A stretch of 37,547 nt of DNA. Origin: a virus. Lineage: Duplodnaviria; Caudoviricetes. The stretch is taken from positions 1-37,547 of IMG/VR virus record IMGVR_UViG_3300044616_000283; one strand, written 5' to 3'. Shown here piece after piece: positions 36,063-37,547 of the stretch; positions within the stretch are counted from its first letter, which is position 1, and each line of letters starts with the position of its first letter. The translations under genes and the position numbers were made by a program. A model generated the notes under the pieces. It ran no database searches and was not told the origin of the DNA. It was given only the letters and a program-made list of their open reading frames with translations.

Positions 36063-36135
36063 GGCATCGTAGTCCAAAGGCAGAGACAGTTGACTTAAAA
36101 TCAATCAAGTGTGGGTTCGACTCCCACCGATGCTA
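36063..36135 (+). tRNA. tRNA-Leu(UAA) with short variable loop
   Basis: GGCATCG/CGATGCT, GTTGA-CTTAAAA-TCAAT, variable loop CAAGT, GTGGG-TTCGACT-CCCAC, discriminator A. Confidence 0.88.
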
Positions 36136-36151
36136 CTAAGAAAGGATACTT

Positions 36152-36478
36152 ATGGGACTTGATAGTTTTGCTATGCTTGAAGATTGTCCGATGGATAGTA
36201 AGTTGTTTGAGCACCTTCCTCCTGTGCTGTGTGGTGGTATGTTCAGTGATGGACATTCATCTATTCGGGGTAAGGTTTATAATGAACTCGTTGAATCCAC
36301 TAGTGGTATCTCTCTCTATCAGGAGAAGATCCCTAACTCTCAGGTTGCCATGATTGCCATGGCTCTTGAGGATGCAGGACATACTGGTTCTGGTTTGTCA
36401 AGTAAAGAATACACTACTCTAATCGAATGGTTCAGGATCATTCACAACAATGGAGGATACATCATTGGCTGGTGGTAA
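36152..36478 (+). CDS. Hypothetical phage protein (MGLD... N-terminus)
   Basis: AAAGGA RBS; 108 aa. Confidence 0.75.
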   Translation: MGLDSFAMLEDCPMDSKLFEHLPPVLCGGMFSDGHSSIRGKVYNELVESTSGISLYQEKIPNSQVAMIAMALEDAGHTGSGLSSKEYTTLIEWFRIIHNNGGYIIGWW

Positions 36479-36484
36479 CCGATA

Positions 36485-36817
36485 ATGCTAATAAACACAT
36501 TCACAAAAACGGTTGGATCTAATCCAAATTTATATTCGATTTTCCAGATGGCCCTTGACAGAGGAACAACGGCGTGGTATAATGGTGCAACGGAACAGCG
36601 ATGGGATGATAAACTCCATATCATGCTGTCGATGATTCAGGTTGATACTACACAAGGTATTGAGAATCGAATGATCAAACAGTACATTACTTATGAGGAC
36701 CTTAAGGAACTGAGCATGCTGTTATGGCAAGCACAGACTGCATATGAATCCAGACAGAAAGAACTCCAAGAAGAAACTCAAAGAGCAAGAGAAGCCGCGA
36801 ACGAAACCAAGGCTTGA
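36485..36817 (+). CDS. Hypothetical protein
   Basis: 110-aa ORF directly after the previous gene. Confidence 0.6.
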   Translation: MLINTFTKTVGSNPNLYSIFQMALDRGTTAWYNGATEQRWDDKLHIMLSMIQVDTTQGIENRMIKQYITYEDLKELSMLLWQAQTAYESRQKELQEETQRAREAANETKA

Positions 36818-36887
36818 TCCCTACAAGAGAAGTAAAGTTAAGAATAATGACCGCGTTGGTCGTTATGATTCACAAGATATAGATTAA
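36744..36887 (+). CDS. 47-aa basic peptide
   Basis: MNPDRKNSKKKLKEQEKPRTKPRLDPYKRSK...; fills the gap before the DUF932-like gene but overlaps the upstream ORF by 74 nt. Confidence 0.35.
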   Translation: MNPDRKNSKKKLKEQEKPRTKPRLDPYKRSKVKNNDRVGRYDSQDID

Positions 36888-36895
36888 GGAATAGA

Positions 36896-37547
36896 ATGGC
36901 TCACAATATTACGGATACCGATGGCGCTGTGTTTCACAAGGAAGCAGCATGGCATGGTCTTGGTCTCGTTATTCAGGATGATATGTCGCCTACTGAGGCT
37001 ATGAAGATTGCTGGTCTTGATTGGACTGTTAGCAAGGTTGGTCCTGTGTTTGCAGGTAATCCACTCTCTGTTGTTCCGTCCTCTGATGAGTACGCTGCCA
37101 TTGTTCGCAACGATACTAACACTATCCTTTCGATCCAGTCCCCTGACTATCAGATCGTACAGAATAGTGAGGTGTTTGATATGGCCTACAACCTTGGTGC
37201 TGATATCAAGGTTGAGTCTGCGCTCTCCATGAATGGTGGCAAGCGTATGGTTGTGCTGTGCAAGACTGGTACTATGGATGCTGGCAATAGCAATGATCCG
37301 GTGGAACAGTACATGGCACTGATCAATAGCCACGATGGTACGCTTGCTGAGCAAGCCCTGCCTACCTCTGTCCGTATCGTGTGTCAGAATACTCTGAGCA
37401 TGGCTATGGCTTCGGGTGCTAAGAAGGCTTTCCGTATCGTGCATACTGGTGATATGAAGAAGAAGCGTGAGGCTATGGCCGATGCTCTCAAGTTCTATGC
37501 CAAGACTGGCAAGCTCTTTGAGGAAAAGGTTGATACCCTTGTCCGCA
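36896..37547 (+). CDS. DUF932-family phage/plasmid protein (partial, runs off the window)
   Basis: MAHN...AWHGLG...AGLDWTV...YQIVQN...GGK...NSHDG...TSVRIVCQNTL...HTG; AAGGA RBS. Missing from the track because it has no stop. Confidence 0.88.
   Translation, partial: MAHNITDTDGAVFHKEAAWHGLGLVIQDDMSPTEAMKIAGLDWTVSKVGPVFAGNPLSVVPSSDEYAAIVRNDTNTILSIQSPDYQIVQNSEVFDMAYNLGADIKVESALSMNGGKRMVVLCKTGTMDAGNSNDPVEQYMALINSHDGTLAEQALPTSVRIVCQNTLSMAMASGAKKAFRIVHTGDMKKKREAMADALKFYAKTGKLFEEKVDTLVR

Noticed and set aside
36111-36353. ORF starting MGSTP (also 35474)
   Set aside because: The starts derive from tRNA T-arm sequence; better starts with an RBS exist at 36152 and 35528.

Overview
Part of a T7-like (podovirus-type) phage genome. 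All credible genes are on the + strand. Positions 1-28317 hold the late genes: end of a probable capsid gene and a terminator, tail tubular proteins A and B, a long tail fibre, membrane/lysis genes, terminase small and large subunits, a sulfotransferase-like gene, and four probable internal virion (ejected) proteins. The last of these is a ~3490-aa polyvalent protein carrying an HExxH metallopeptidase, an ADP-ribosyltransferase (ART-PolyVal-like) domain, an apparent complete ECF sigma-factor domain and a degenerate second ART. Positions ~28320-29490 are non-coding and look like the genome-end junction: CCTAGG/CCAAGG arrays, an AT-rich tract, C-runs, four iterons and a ~450-nt highly structured RNA-like segment. 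Positions 29495-37547 are an early region of many small, often acidic ORFs, a protein kinase, a DUF932-like gene and three atypical tRNAs (Ile-UAU, D-armless Arg-UCU, short-arm Leu-UAA). Their codons (ATA, AGA, TTA) are absent from the three early genes I read in full but common in the late genes. No RNA polymerase, DNA polymerase, integrase or endolysin gene is visible in the window. All family calls come from recognising motifs by eye; no database searches were run.
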